DNA of 64,000 bases from a virus, in IMG/VR virus record IMGVR_UViG_3300029448_000014, positions 1-64,000 of that record, one strand, 5' to 3'. Below, piece by piece: positions 1-7,173 of the stretch. The translations under genes and the position numbers were made by a program. Each line of letters starts with the position of its first letter. The first letter of the stretch is position 1. The notes under the pieces were generated by a model that was given only the letters and a program-made list of their open reading frames with translations, ran no database searches and had not been told where the DNA came from.

Positions 1-201
1 GATTGGGCTTGGTACGGTTGTGCTTTAACTGCTCAATCAATCGAAAACATCCTTGTCTCGTTAGATACTAACGGTCAATCCAACATCACACTTAAAATAG
101 ATAGTGGCACTAACGCAGCTAAAACTACTTGGTCAACTGCTGCAAACACTGCTTACAACAATCTGATCACAAAAGGTTGGACAATTGGTTACAACGCTTA
201 A
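1..201 (+). CDS. 3' end of a tail fibre/surface protein (DUF285/BspA-like C-terminus), partial
   Basis: Frame 1 is open from base 1: DWAWYGCALTAQSIENILVSLD...AYNNLITKGWTIGYNA*; the LxxKGWTI ending is typical of this family. Confidence 0.55.
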   Translation, partial: DWAWYGCALTAQSIENILVSLDTNGQSNITLKIDSGTNAAKTTWSTAANTAYNNLITKGWTIGYNA

Positions 202-207
202 ATAACT

Positions 208-483
208 ATGGGACCATTTACTGAAACAAAATGGATAATATGTCATGGGCCAGAAGTTGTTCATTTATCTGAACTCTTACCTGGTTCTTCTATAATTACC
301 GGTCAACCAAATTGCGAATGCTACGACGACAAACAGGCTGGTTTAGATCGAGCTGCTGAACTTTCAAGTGATGAGCAATTTTCTTTTGAGCATCCTGATG
401 AAAGCTTAATTTATGAACAGATCGACGTAGAGGAGATTGATGAACAGATCGACGTAGAGGCGATTCTCGAACCTTCGAATTAG
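208..483 (+). CDS. hypothetical protein with an acidic tail
   Basis: 91 aa ORF directly after the fibre gene; short EQIDVE repeat. Confidence 0.6.
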   Translation: MGPFTETKWIICHGPEVVHLSELLPGSSIITGQPNCECYDDKQAGLDRAAELSSDEQFSFEHPDESLIYEQIDVEEIDEQIDVEAILEPSN

Positions 484-492
484 GAGATTATT

Positions 493-906
493 ATGTCTGA
501 TGGAACAGCTAAAAAGAAAGATCCAGCAAAATGGGCTGCAGCAAAATCTCGTGCTAAAGCAAAAATGGGCGGTAAGCACTCAGCGCGTGCTATGCAACTA
601 GCAACCAAATACTACAAAGACAGCGGCGGCGGCTATGAAGGCAAAAAGCCTAGTGCCAAAACGAATAAGCTCAAAAAATGGGGCACAGAAAATTGGCAAA
701 CTAAAGATGGTGACGGTGATAAAGCCAAGCAATCTGATGGTTCAACCAAGCGTTACCTTCCCAAAAAAGCTTGGAGCAAATTAACTCCTAAGCAAAAAGC
801 TGCAACAGATGCTAAAAAACGAACAGCTTCTAAGCGTGGAGAGAAGGTTACACCGAATACTAAGGCTGCAAAATCTGCAGGTAAAGCAGCACGCAGCAGT
901 GCATAA
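493..906 (+). CDS. Lys-rich conserved protein (DUF5872-like)
   Basis: SD AGGAG; motifs SARAMQLA..YKDSGGGYEG, LKKWGTENWQTKDG and RYLPKKAW. Confidence 0.65.
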   Translation: MSDGTAKKKDPAKWAAAKSRAKAKMGGKHSARAMQLATKYYKDSGGGYEGKKPSAKTNKLKKWGTENWQTKDGDGDKAKQSDGSTKRYLPKKAWSKLTPKQKAATDAKKRTASKRGEKVTPNTKAAKSAGKAARSSA

Positions 907-1082
907 AGGGGCAGCCCCTCCAATAGCTAATTGGAAGAGCTATCAATTAAGCGGCTGGAAACTACAAAAAACGCCACAACCTAATCAGAAACTCTGACGT
1001 AGTTCTTCTTCGAGTTTCTTAGTCATACTAGCTAATATTTGTTTTTAATATCTATTAAAATCAGATTAGTTGATAATAAACG

Positions 1083-1523
1083 ATGTCAAAATTTTCTAGC
1101 TGGTTTTCTCGTTGCGCAGGAAGTTGGAAGTCATACAGGCGATATTTAACGTTGCCTTCCTATAACGACGATTCATACAATACTGAATTTACAATTAAAG
1201 TAAACGGTGACAATGTCAATATTAATTGGAATGGGAATGTGAGCTCAGGTGATATGAACCTCACAATTGATGGAGATATCTTGCATCGTGACATTGGTTA
1301 TTTCAGTGATGAACCAAATGACAGCAAATTGACCCTGCTTGATGTTGATACAGTTGTTTTGAACAGTGCCTATAACGGCATGGAATTCCGAGAGGAGATC
1401 CGTCTGCTCGATGACGACAGCCATCGTCTACGGCAAACCGTTGGATATCGAGACAATAAACCTTTTCTAGTGGGTCAATACTGGGAAGAACGGATGCCTG
1501 TGGAAAACTTTGCCATTGACTGA
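1083..1523 (+). CDS. S-type phycobiliprotein lyase (CpcS/CpeS/CpcV family)
   Basis: Motifs F..C.GSWKSYRRY, LHRDIGY and EEI...RLRQT fit the beta-barrel lyase pattern. Confidence 0.7.
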   Translation: MSKFSSWFSRCAGSWKSYRRYLTLPSYNDDSYNTEFTIKVNGDNVNINWNGNVSSGDMNLTIDGDILHRDIGYFSDEPNDSKLTLLDVDTVVLNSAYNGMEFREEIRLLDDDSHRLRQTVGYRDNKPFLVGQYWEERMPVENFAID

Positions 1524-1593
1524 TAAGCAAAGCTGATTGTTTAATTGGCAATTGTGGGCTAGAGTTAGTGGACAACGCTAATACCGGAAGGAG

Positions 1594-1611
1594 CGAATCC
1601 CTCCCTCTCCG
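1594..1611 (+). other. putative attP core resembling a tRNA-Ser 3' end
   Basis: CGAATCCCTCCCTCTCCG resembles the T-loop and acceptor 3' strand of cyanobacterial tRNA-Ser; there is no 5' tRNA half; it lies 80 bp upstream of the integrase. Confidence 0.6.
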
Positions 1612-1621
1612 TTAGCTAGCT

Positions 1622-1650
1622 AAAACCTCACTTAACGGTGGGGTTTTTTG
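1622..1650 (+). terminator. intrinsic terminator with a TAAC loop
   Basis: AAAACCTCAC-TTAACG-GTGGGG-TTTTTT. Confidence 0.7.
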
Positions 1651-1690
1651 TTAGACATGTATTGGCGTTGCTTATAACCCGATTAACACA

Positions 1691-2497
1691 ATGAAAGTCT
1701 CTCAATTGCTTTTAGATGTCCGTGACATGCAGGACATCCGTGACTCAACATTCAAGTGCTGGCTCAAAGCAGCCAAGCCGATAGCTGATGTTGAAGTCAG
1801 TGACATCGACAGGATGACTGTTACTCGTTATTGGCAGTCTCAACTCAAGCCGATTGGCCCTCTTTCTCCAGAGACACTGCGTCGTCGTCTCAGCCTGCTC
1901 ACAGGCATCTGGAACATGGCAAAAGATGATGAGATCATCGATGTGCCTAACTACTGGAGTAAAGCAAGCAGGAAGGTCAAACTAAATACGGATTACAACC
2001 GCCTAGGTAAAGAGTATCCAGTCAGACCCTTCAGATTCTACGGGCGATATCAGGCAGATCCTATCTTCTTAGCCATCTGGTACCACGGTTTCCGCATCGG
2101 CGAGATAGCAGGACTACTGCCTAACGAAATACGGTTTAACAATCAGATCCCTTACTTCCAAATTAAGAGAAATAGTGTGAGAGATATCAAGCCAGGTGCA
2201 TATCGAGAAGTGCCTATTCATCCTGAGTTCTATGCACATGTCCATCGTCTGACAACTGACTACAGCATGTACCCCGGTAAAAACTGGAGCCAATTGTTTA
2301 GCGAACGTATGCAACTACCGAAAGGCGAAGCAGCACACTCATTGCGGCACAACTTCATCACTCGCTGTAGGACAGCAGATCTGCAGGACTCAATGATCTC
2401 CAAGCTTGTAGGGCACAAACCAAAGGGAATGACAGCACGGTACGGAATCTGGACTTTGGAGGATAAGTTAAAAGCCATTCGTCAGGTAAGGCAGTAA
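1691..2497 (+). CDS. tyrosine recombinase/integrase
   Basis: Catalytic set GFRIGEIAGL (R), HSLRH (HxxR), LVGH and ARY (Y); core-binding domain with ETLRRRLSLL. Confidence 0.9.
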   Translation: MKVSQLLLDVRDMQDIRDSTFKCWLKAAKPIADVEVSDIDRMTVTRYWQSQLKPIGPLSPETLRRRLSLLTGIWNMAKDDEIIDVPNYWSKASRKVKLNTDYNRLGKEYPVRPFRFYGRYQADPIFLAIWYHGFRIGEIAGLLPNEIRFNNQIPYFQIKRNSVRDIKPGAYREVPIHPEFYAHVHRLTTDYSMYPGKNWSQLFSERMQLPKGEAAHSLRHNFITRCRTADLQDSMISKLVGHKPKGMTARYGIWTLEDKLKAIRQVRQ

Positions 2498-2503
2498 TCA
2501 ATA

Positions 2504-2628
2504 AAAACTACGTTAACTACAGTAGTTATCTATATATCTATGCTTTAAATCATGGATATATACTATATAAGACTTTCTCTAGAAAGGGTTAGATAGCAGT
2601 GTAGTTAGCGTGGTTTTGTAGTTAGTAG
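2504..2628. repeat. inverted-iteron element copy A (origin-like)
   Basis: AAAACTACGTTAACTACA (2504) and TGTAGTTAGCGTGGTTTT (2600) are inverted arms around an AT-rich spacer. Confidence 0.65.
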
Positions 2629-2658
2629 AATAGATGTGGACTTTATATATCTACGATT

Positions 2659-2802
2659 ATGGCCATTTTAGAATCCGCAGCTTTTTGGATTGTGCTCGCA
2701 GCAGCTAGTGAGCTCATTGCAATTAGCCCACTTAAGGACAACAGTTTGATTCAAATGATTCTTAGCACAATGAAGAGCTTGAAAGGCGGAAAAAAGATCT
2801 AA
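2659..2802 (+). CDS. small holin-like membrane protein, 47 aa (not in the ORF track)
   Basis: MAILESAAFWIVLAAASELIAISPLKDNSLIQMILSTMKSLKGGKKI*. Confidence 0.7.
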   Translation: MAILESAAFWIVLAAASELIAISPLKDNSLIQMILSTMKSLKGGKKI

Positions 2803-3056
2803 ATGTTCCAGCTGATGGGCGGTGGTTATTACGCTTCAGTACACGTAGTGCATACGATGAGATCAATCGAGCAGTACAAGCAAAGAAGTTCTACAAAACA
2901 CTGCCTATAAAACTAGATAACGCCATAGAAGATGTCATTGAAGAAATGGCAGTTCCAGAAAAGCCAAAAGCTATTATTCAGGAAGATGGTGTATTTGGTG
3001 ATGACGGCTGGAGCATAAGCAAGACAGCGAACTTCTACAAGAAAAATGATACCTAG
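2790..3056 (+). CDS. probable -1 frameshift extension of the holin-like gene
   Basis: In-frame A_AAA_AAG at 2790-2796; the -1 frame is open to TAG at 3054-3056 and has no ATG/GTG/TTG until about 2946. Confidence 0.5.
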   Translation, partial: KKDLNVPADGRWLLRFSTRSAYDEINRAVQAKKFYKTLPIKLDNAIEDVIEEMAVPEKPKAIIQEDGVFGDDGWSISKTANFYKKNDT

Positions 3057-3633
3057 GTTTCAAGTGCCGACACACACGGCACTGCCTGATTCGATTCCTA
3101 TACCAAATATTCCAGTAAAACTACCGTCATTTAATTTGCCACGGTGGACTCCGGTGCCGGTTCCGCTCGATGAGCATCCATTGATGCAGGAACCAAAAGT
3201 ATCTCCAAAAAAAGAAGAAGCAAAAGAAAAACCGAAGCCAAAAAAACTACCATTACCTGAGCCTCAGCTTCCACCGCTACCAGCAATACCTGAGTATCTT
3301 CTAGAACCAGATCCGGTAATTCCTCCTGTTGTGGAGAAAGTTCAGCCCAAAAAGGCAGAAGTTTCAATTATTGAGGTTCCAATTCTTGGTGAAATCCCCT
3401 TACCCACACGAGATGTTCTGATCACAGTGAGTTCAACAGCAGCAGTAGCAGCAACAGTTTCTGTAGCAGCAACAATGGGAGGAACAGCACTTTTAAAGCA
3501 TTTGACTACTGTATTTAAACCAATATTAAAATTTATATTGAAAAAACTATTAAAGCGTAAACAGCTTACTTGGTCACGGCAGAGACTTTCCGTGGGATCA
3601 CGTCAGCGCAAACTGGGTAAAAAGGACTATTAG
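3046..3633 (+). CDS. Pro-rich protein with a C-terminal hydrophobic segment
   Basis: 195 aa ORF; typical cyanophage hypothetical. Confidence 0.7.
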   Translation: MIPRFQVPTHTALPDSIPIPNIPVKLPSFNLPRWTPVPVPLDEHPLMQEPKVSPKKEEAKEKPKPKKLPLPEPQLPPLPAIPEYLLEPDPVIPPVVEKVQPKKAEVSIIEVPILGEIPLPTRDVLITVSSTAAVAATVSVAATMGGTALLKHLTTVFKPILKFILKKLLKRKQLTWSRQRLSVGSRQRKLGKKDY

Positions 3634-4132
3634 GGTGGATCATGTATCCACTATCAAAAATATTTATACATTCTTTAATTCTTACGAGTTCATAGTCTAA
3701 GCGGTCTTTTTCAATCAGGTTGCGAGCAAGCTGTTTACAGAGCTCAACTGAGCTTCCATCTAACGGGACTGAGAGACTCACCTGACCACCAAAGTTACGG
3801 CTATGCATGTTGGTTTCTGTAAGCGTTTCAGTTTGTAGATAGTACGGAGTAACACTTAAAACAGCGCCATTACAATAATGTCCCTGCCTAAAACTTTGTG
3901 TACTTAACGATCCTTGATTTATCTGGACAGCTTGATTGGCCACTGAGCCATTAATACTCGCCTGAGGATTGGCAGCAACACTAGTACTCTCAGCAAAGGA
4001 TGGAGACGGCAAGCAAATGATTACTGTGAAAAGACACTTAATGTATTGGTAACAGAGTCTGTTTGAATCGTGCGTGTTGTGTCGATCGTCTCTACTAAAC
4101 CAGCCTCTCTTGATGTAATCTCTAATTGCCAT
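3566..4132 (-). CDS. secreted/virion-associated hypothetical protein (start uncertain)
   Basis: Signal-like segment ending SFA-ES; ANPQA.. and DYEL.R..EC motifs seen in cyanophage hypotheticals. Confidence 0.65.
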   Translation of the reverse strand: MAIRDYIKRGWFSRDDRHNTHDSNRLCYQYIKCLFTVIICLPSPSFAESTSVAANPQASINGSVANQAVQINQGSLSTQSFRQGHYCNGAVLSVTPYYLQTETLTETNMHSRNFGGQVSLSVPLDGSSVELCKQLARNLIEKDRLDYELVRIKECINIFDSGYMIHPNSPFYPVCADVIPRKVSAVTK

Positions 4133-4395
4133 GGGAGAGCCGTATCAACAATAACAAATTCGGTATTGGTATCTACAATATTAATGCTGTTGCCGGAATC
4201 ATCAACAGCTTCTACGTTATCGCCATTCCAGACTGTTAAATCTCCACCAAAACGTTCAATAGCAGATACTTCATTAATTGATTGAGTTGTAGTAACTGTT
4301 TGCGTCATTGTGCCAGTCGTAAAATTAGGAGTTACAGACTGAGCATAAGCAGGTATCGCTATAAGAGATAATAGTAATAGTAGATAACTTTTCAT
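4021..4395 (-). CDS. signal-peptide protein (VTPNFTTG family of cyanophages)
   Basis: N-terminal signal peptide, VTPNFTTGTM, C-terminal SVFSQ. Confidence 0.75.
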   Translation of the reverse strand: MKSYLLLLLSLIAIPAYAQSVTPNFTTGTMTQTVTTTQSINEVSAIERFGGDLTVWNGDNVEAVDDSGNSINIVDTNTEFVIVDTALPWQLEITSREAGLVETIDTTRTIQTDSVTNTLSVFSQ

Positions 4396-4437
4396 AGTAA
4401 AAATGTAAATCTACTATTCCATTATACTGTCTAGTTC

Positions 4438-4650
4438 ATGCAGGAACAAAACAATAATAATAACAATTGGTTTAAGAATATAGTAGTCAATGCTGTGCCG
4501 GCTGGAGTATTGGTTTGGGCATTAGGGGTCTTAACAGCGAGTTATTTTGGATACGCACAAAGCGTGGACTCAGCATTCATTAGTTCACTTGTGACTACAG
4601 TACTGGCAAGCTATGGTATTACACGAGTTGAGCAAAATAGACGCCGTTAA
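4438..4650 (+). CDS. small two-TM membrane protein (holin-like)
   Basis: Two hydrophobic helices; D..FI.S.....LASYGI motif. Confidence 0.65.
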   Translation: MQEQNNNNNNWFKNIVVNAVPAGVLVWALGVLTASYFGYAQSVDSAFISSLVTTVLASYGITRVEQNRRR

Positions 4651-4709
4651 ATGATCTATAAAGAATCATTGCTAAGTTAGACTATCCGTAAGTTGCTAAC
4701 AACAACTAC

Positions 4710-5105
4710 ATGGGATATGTTGAAGACTGGGGCGAACTTATGTTCAGTCTCCAGTGCCTTTCTAAAGGCTCCGCTAAGCGACAGTTCAGACAAGACATAC
4801 GTTACAGTTTCGGAGGACTATGTGCATACTGCCGAATAAAGAGAGCTGACACTATTGACCATTTAAAGCCCCGCTGTAAAGGTGGTAGTAATTTAAGGTC
4901 AAACTTAGTGCCGTGTTGCAAGGAATGTAACCACTCAAAAGGAAGTCAATTATGGCTACCCTGGTATCAACAACAGCCTTTTTATAATGCTGTTGCTCAA
5001 GAACTAATCGAAGAATGGATAGCTAACAAGCGAATGGACTCAGAAGATTATGACAAACGAATTGACAATAGAACAGAGGTTTGCCTTACAGCGAGCACGG
5101 TATGA
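4710..5105 (+). CDS. HNH endonuclease
   Basis: CAYC...TIDHLKPRCKGG..NLVPCCKECNHSKG, intact. Confidence 0.9.
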   Translation: MGYVEDWGELMFSLQCLSKGSAKRQFRQDIRYSFGGLCAYCRIKRADTIDHLKPRCKGGSNLRSNLVPCCKECNHSKGSQLWLPWYQQQPFYNAVAQELIEEWIANKRMDSEDYDKRIDNRTEVCLTASTV

Positions 5106-5376
5106 AGTCACAAGAATGAGCCGAGGTGCATTAGAGAAAACTGCTGTACGGTTGCTTAAGTCGCGTATGGAGCAAAAGAATGGGGTGCAAGGAATGCTTA
5201 TGGGAAACGGTATTCTATTTAAAGTACAAGAACTTCAGACAGGAATGCCGGAAATCATTTCTGAAGATACTTTTATAGAGCTATTGAAAATGCAGGATGA
5301 TGTACTTCCTTCTGACATTATGGATGAAGGATGGGAAATTGATGATATTGATGATGACGGTCTCACAATGATGTGA
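5050..5376 (+). CDS. nblA: NblA-like phycobilisome degradation adaptor with an acidic extension
   Basis: ELTIEQRFALQ...VTRMSR.AL....RL...MEQKN matches the NblA two-helix pattern. Confidence 0.55.
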   Translation: MTNELTIEQRFALQRARYEVTRMSRGALEKTAVRLLKSRMEQKNGVQGMLMGNGILFKVQELQTGMPEIISEDTFIELLKMQDDVLPSDIMDEGWEIDDIDDDGLTMM

Positions 5377-5410
5377 TATCTATTAGACTTGCATTAGTCT
5401 AGATATCAAT

Positions 5411-5641
5411 ATGGAATACGCAATTATAGGGTCAGTACTTTCGCTGCTCATTAGCATGAAGTTCGTGGATTACAAGTCGAAAGAGACTGAAGAAAAAATT
5501 AATAAATTAGAAGCAAATATTGAACTTGTCAATAGTGCAGTACAGGTTTCTGAACGGGAAGCTCCTAAGAAGACGATGATGATGGTGGCACCTGTGGCTA
5601 AAGCAGTCAAGGAACTTCAGACAACTATTGGCGTTTCGTGA
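5411..5641 (+). CDS. membrane-anchored coiled-coil hypothetical protein
   Basis: N-terminal TM segment, 76 aa. Confidence 0.65.
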   Translation: MEYAIIGSVLSLLISMKFVDYKSKETEEKINKLEANIELVNSAVQVSEREAPKKTMMMVAPVAKAVKELQTTIGVS

Positions 5642-5811
5642 AACTTACTCAAGTTTTTAAGCAGTACAAGCAACCGCATGAAATTGCGGCAATCAATATG
5701 CTTGAAGACTCAATACCAGCAGAACTGCTTGATAGGAATGCAGACTGGATTGTTTGCTTCTATTCAGAACCACCAGTAAAAGAAGCACTTATAATGGTAG
5801 AAAAGATGTGA
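5638..5811 (+). CDS. small protein resembling the N-terminal domain of cyanophage endolysins (not in the ORF track)
   Basis: GTG start overlaps the upstream stop; VKLTQVFKQYKQPHEIAAINMLEDSIPAELLDRNADWIVCF. Confidence 0.55.
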   Translation: MKLTQVFKQYKQPHEIAAINMLEDSIPAELLDRNADWIVCFYSEPPVKEALIMVEKM

Positions 5812-5818
5812 AATTGTA

Positions 5819-6127
5819 GTGTCTGCATTTAGAGGTGAACCTATTGACCAACGACGGTTGAATATGCGTGATAGGCATGATTTAAACGCGGGCGGCGGTC
5901 GTCAAAAGGAAGAACGGGCACAACGCTACTTAAAGGCGTATAAAGGTGCTGTCGCTTATGAAGCAAAGAAACCAATCAAAACAACAACTCAGACGCCTGG
6001 TACTGGTGGAATGACACAGGGATTATCTATTCAGCAACAACGTCAGCGTGATATTGGTGATCAGAAGCGTCGCTCTGAAAGCTTTAAGCCAGATATGGAT
6101 AACTCTCTATATGATATTTATAAATAA
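5819..6127 (+). CDS. hypothetical protein
   Basis: 102 aa ORF. Confidence 0.6.
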   Translation: MSAFRGEPIDQRRLNMRDRHDLNAGGGRQKEERAQRYLKAYKGAVAYEAKKPIKTTTQTPGTGGMTQGLSIQQQRQRDIGDQKRRSESFKPDMDNSLYDIYK

Positions 6128-6142
6128 AAAATAAAAAAGAGC

Positions 6143-6156
6143 CCGGTGTTAACCGG
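6143..6156 (-). repeat. CCGG-hairpin repeat (first copy in the window)
   Basis: CCGGTGTTAACCGG with an A-tract on its left (T-tail on the minus strand). Confidence 0.8.
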
Positions 6157-6217
6157 ACCCTGATTTAATTTAGGTGAGAATAGTTTCTATAATTAATAAA
6201 GGCTATGTAATAATTAG

Positions 6218-6832
6218 ATGTTTCGTAAAGCTGGCGATATTTTTGTAGGATCAGGTCGTTATGGACAAGTTTACGAAAGCCCTATTCCAGGCAGAGTAGT
6301 AAAAGTAGGCGAAGACATACGTGGCATGGAAGATGAAGCTGCTATGCAAAGAGAAGTGGCTGAAATGGGATTAGCACCCAAGGTCACTGATGCAGGTTTA
6401 AATGATGATTACATGCCTACGATTGAGATGAATGATCTTCGTGCTAACTATGAAAAGCATGGACAACGAGCTAGAGGGTTTCCAGAGGGAATTGATGCAG
6501 TACGTGTCAATCAGCAGTTAGGTCAAATGGCTTTAAATAATATATATTTAAAAGATAGACATAACAATAATGTGCTTTATAACAAAATGACTGGCCGTCC
6601 TAAGCACATTGACTTTGGTATCGCAAATCGGGTGACTGGAGCCGATCAAGTGCAAGCCTTGACTGCAGTCACAAGCGATGGATTTGAGGCAGCTGGTATA
6701 CCTGAGATGGGTGATATGCTTCGTGGCATTGTGTATGACTACCTAGAGGGTGGTCAAGTTACAGAAGCAATGGATGTAGCAAAACAGGGATTTAGTCGTC
6801 TACAGAAAATTAAAAATATTGCCCCTCAGTAG
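6218..6832 (+). CDS. protein kinase-like (RIO/APH-type fold)
   Basis: GSGRYGQVY, VVKV, LAPKV, D-x-H-x-x-N (KDRHNNN) and IDFG. Confidence 0.8.
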   Translation: MFRKAGDIFVGSGRYGQVYESPIPGRVVKVGEDIRGMEDEAAMQREVAEMGLAPKVTDAGLNDDYMPTIEMNDLRANYEKHGQRARGFPEGIDAVRVNQQLGQMALNNIYLKDRHNNNVLYNKMTGRPKHIDFGIANRVTGADQVQALTAVTSDGFEAAGIPEMGDMLRGIVYDYLEGGQVTEAMDVAKQGFSRLQKIKNIAPQ

Positions 6833-6845
6833 AGGGGACTAAGCG

Positions 6846-7028
6846 TTACTTGGTGTATGTACGACCACGGTACACAAAAGTGCCGTGTGTTTCGTGTGAA
6901 CCAGAACCAGGTGTGTATTCAACGCCACGATAATGTGTGTCGTTAATACGTGCTAGCTCAAGCTCTTTACGAGCACGCACCATTTGCTTACGAGCAGCTT
7001 CAATGCTCATGATTTGAATGTTTGACAT
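6846..7028 (-). CDS. DUF4278 family small protein
   Basis: HYRGVEY and VYRGRTY motifs; SD GGAG; lies behind a glutamine riboswitch. Confidence 0.8.
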   Translation of the reverse strand: MSNIQIMSIEAARKQMVRARKELELARINDTHYRGVEYTPGSGSHETHGTFVYRGRTYTK

Positions 7029-7056
7029 TTGGAAACTCCATAATTGGGTGAAGATT

Positions 7057-7166
7057 CCCGTTCCTTCAGTCCTGTCTGACCTACTTGCGTCTTGTGGATC
7101 ATAAATTACAAATGGTTAACGACAAAGATATTTGTAGTTAACGAGTGATCCACAAGATGAACGTAT
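7057..7166 (-). promoter_or_regulatory. glutamine riboswitch (glnA motif)
   Basis: Minus strand CGTTCA-TCTTGTGGATC...GATCCACAAGA-CGCAAGTAGG-TCAG..CTGA-AGGAACG gives P1 CGTTC/GAACG, a long P2, and an E-loop AGTA/GAA in P3. Confidence 0.8.
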
Positions 7167-7173
7167 TACTATT

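Noticed and set aside
1558-1611. Complete tRNA upstream of the integrase
   Set aside because: Only the 3' 18 nt resemble a tRNA and no cloverleaf forms; kept as an attP candidate instead.
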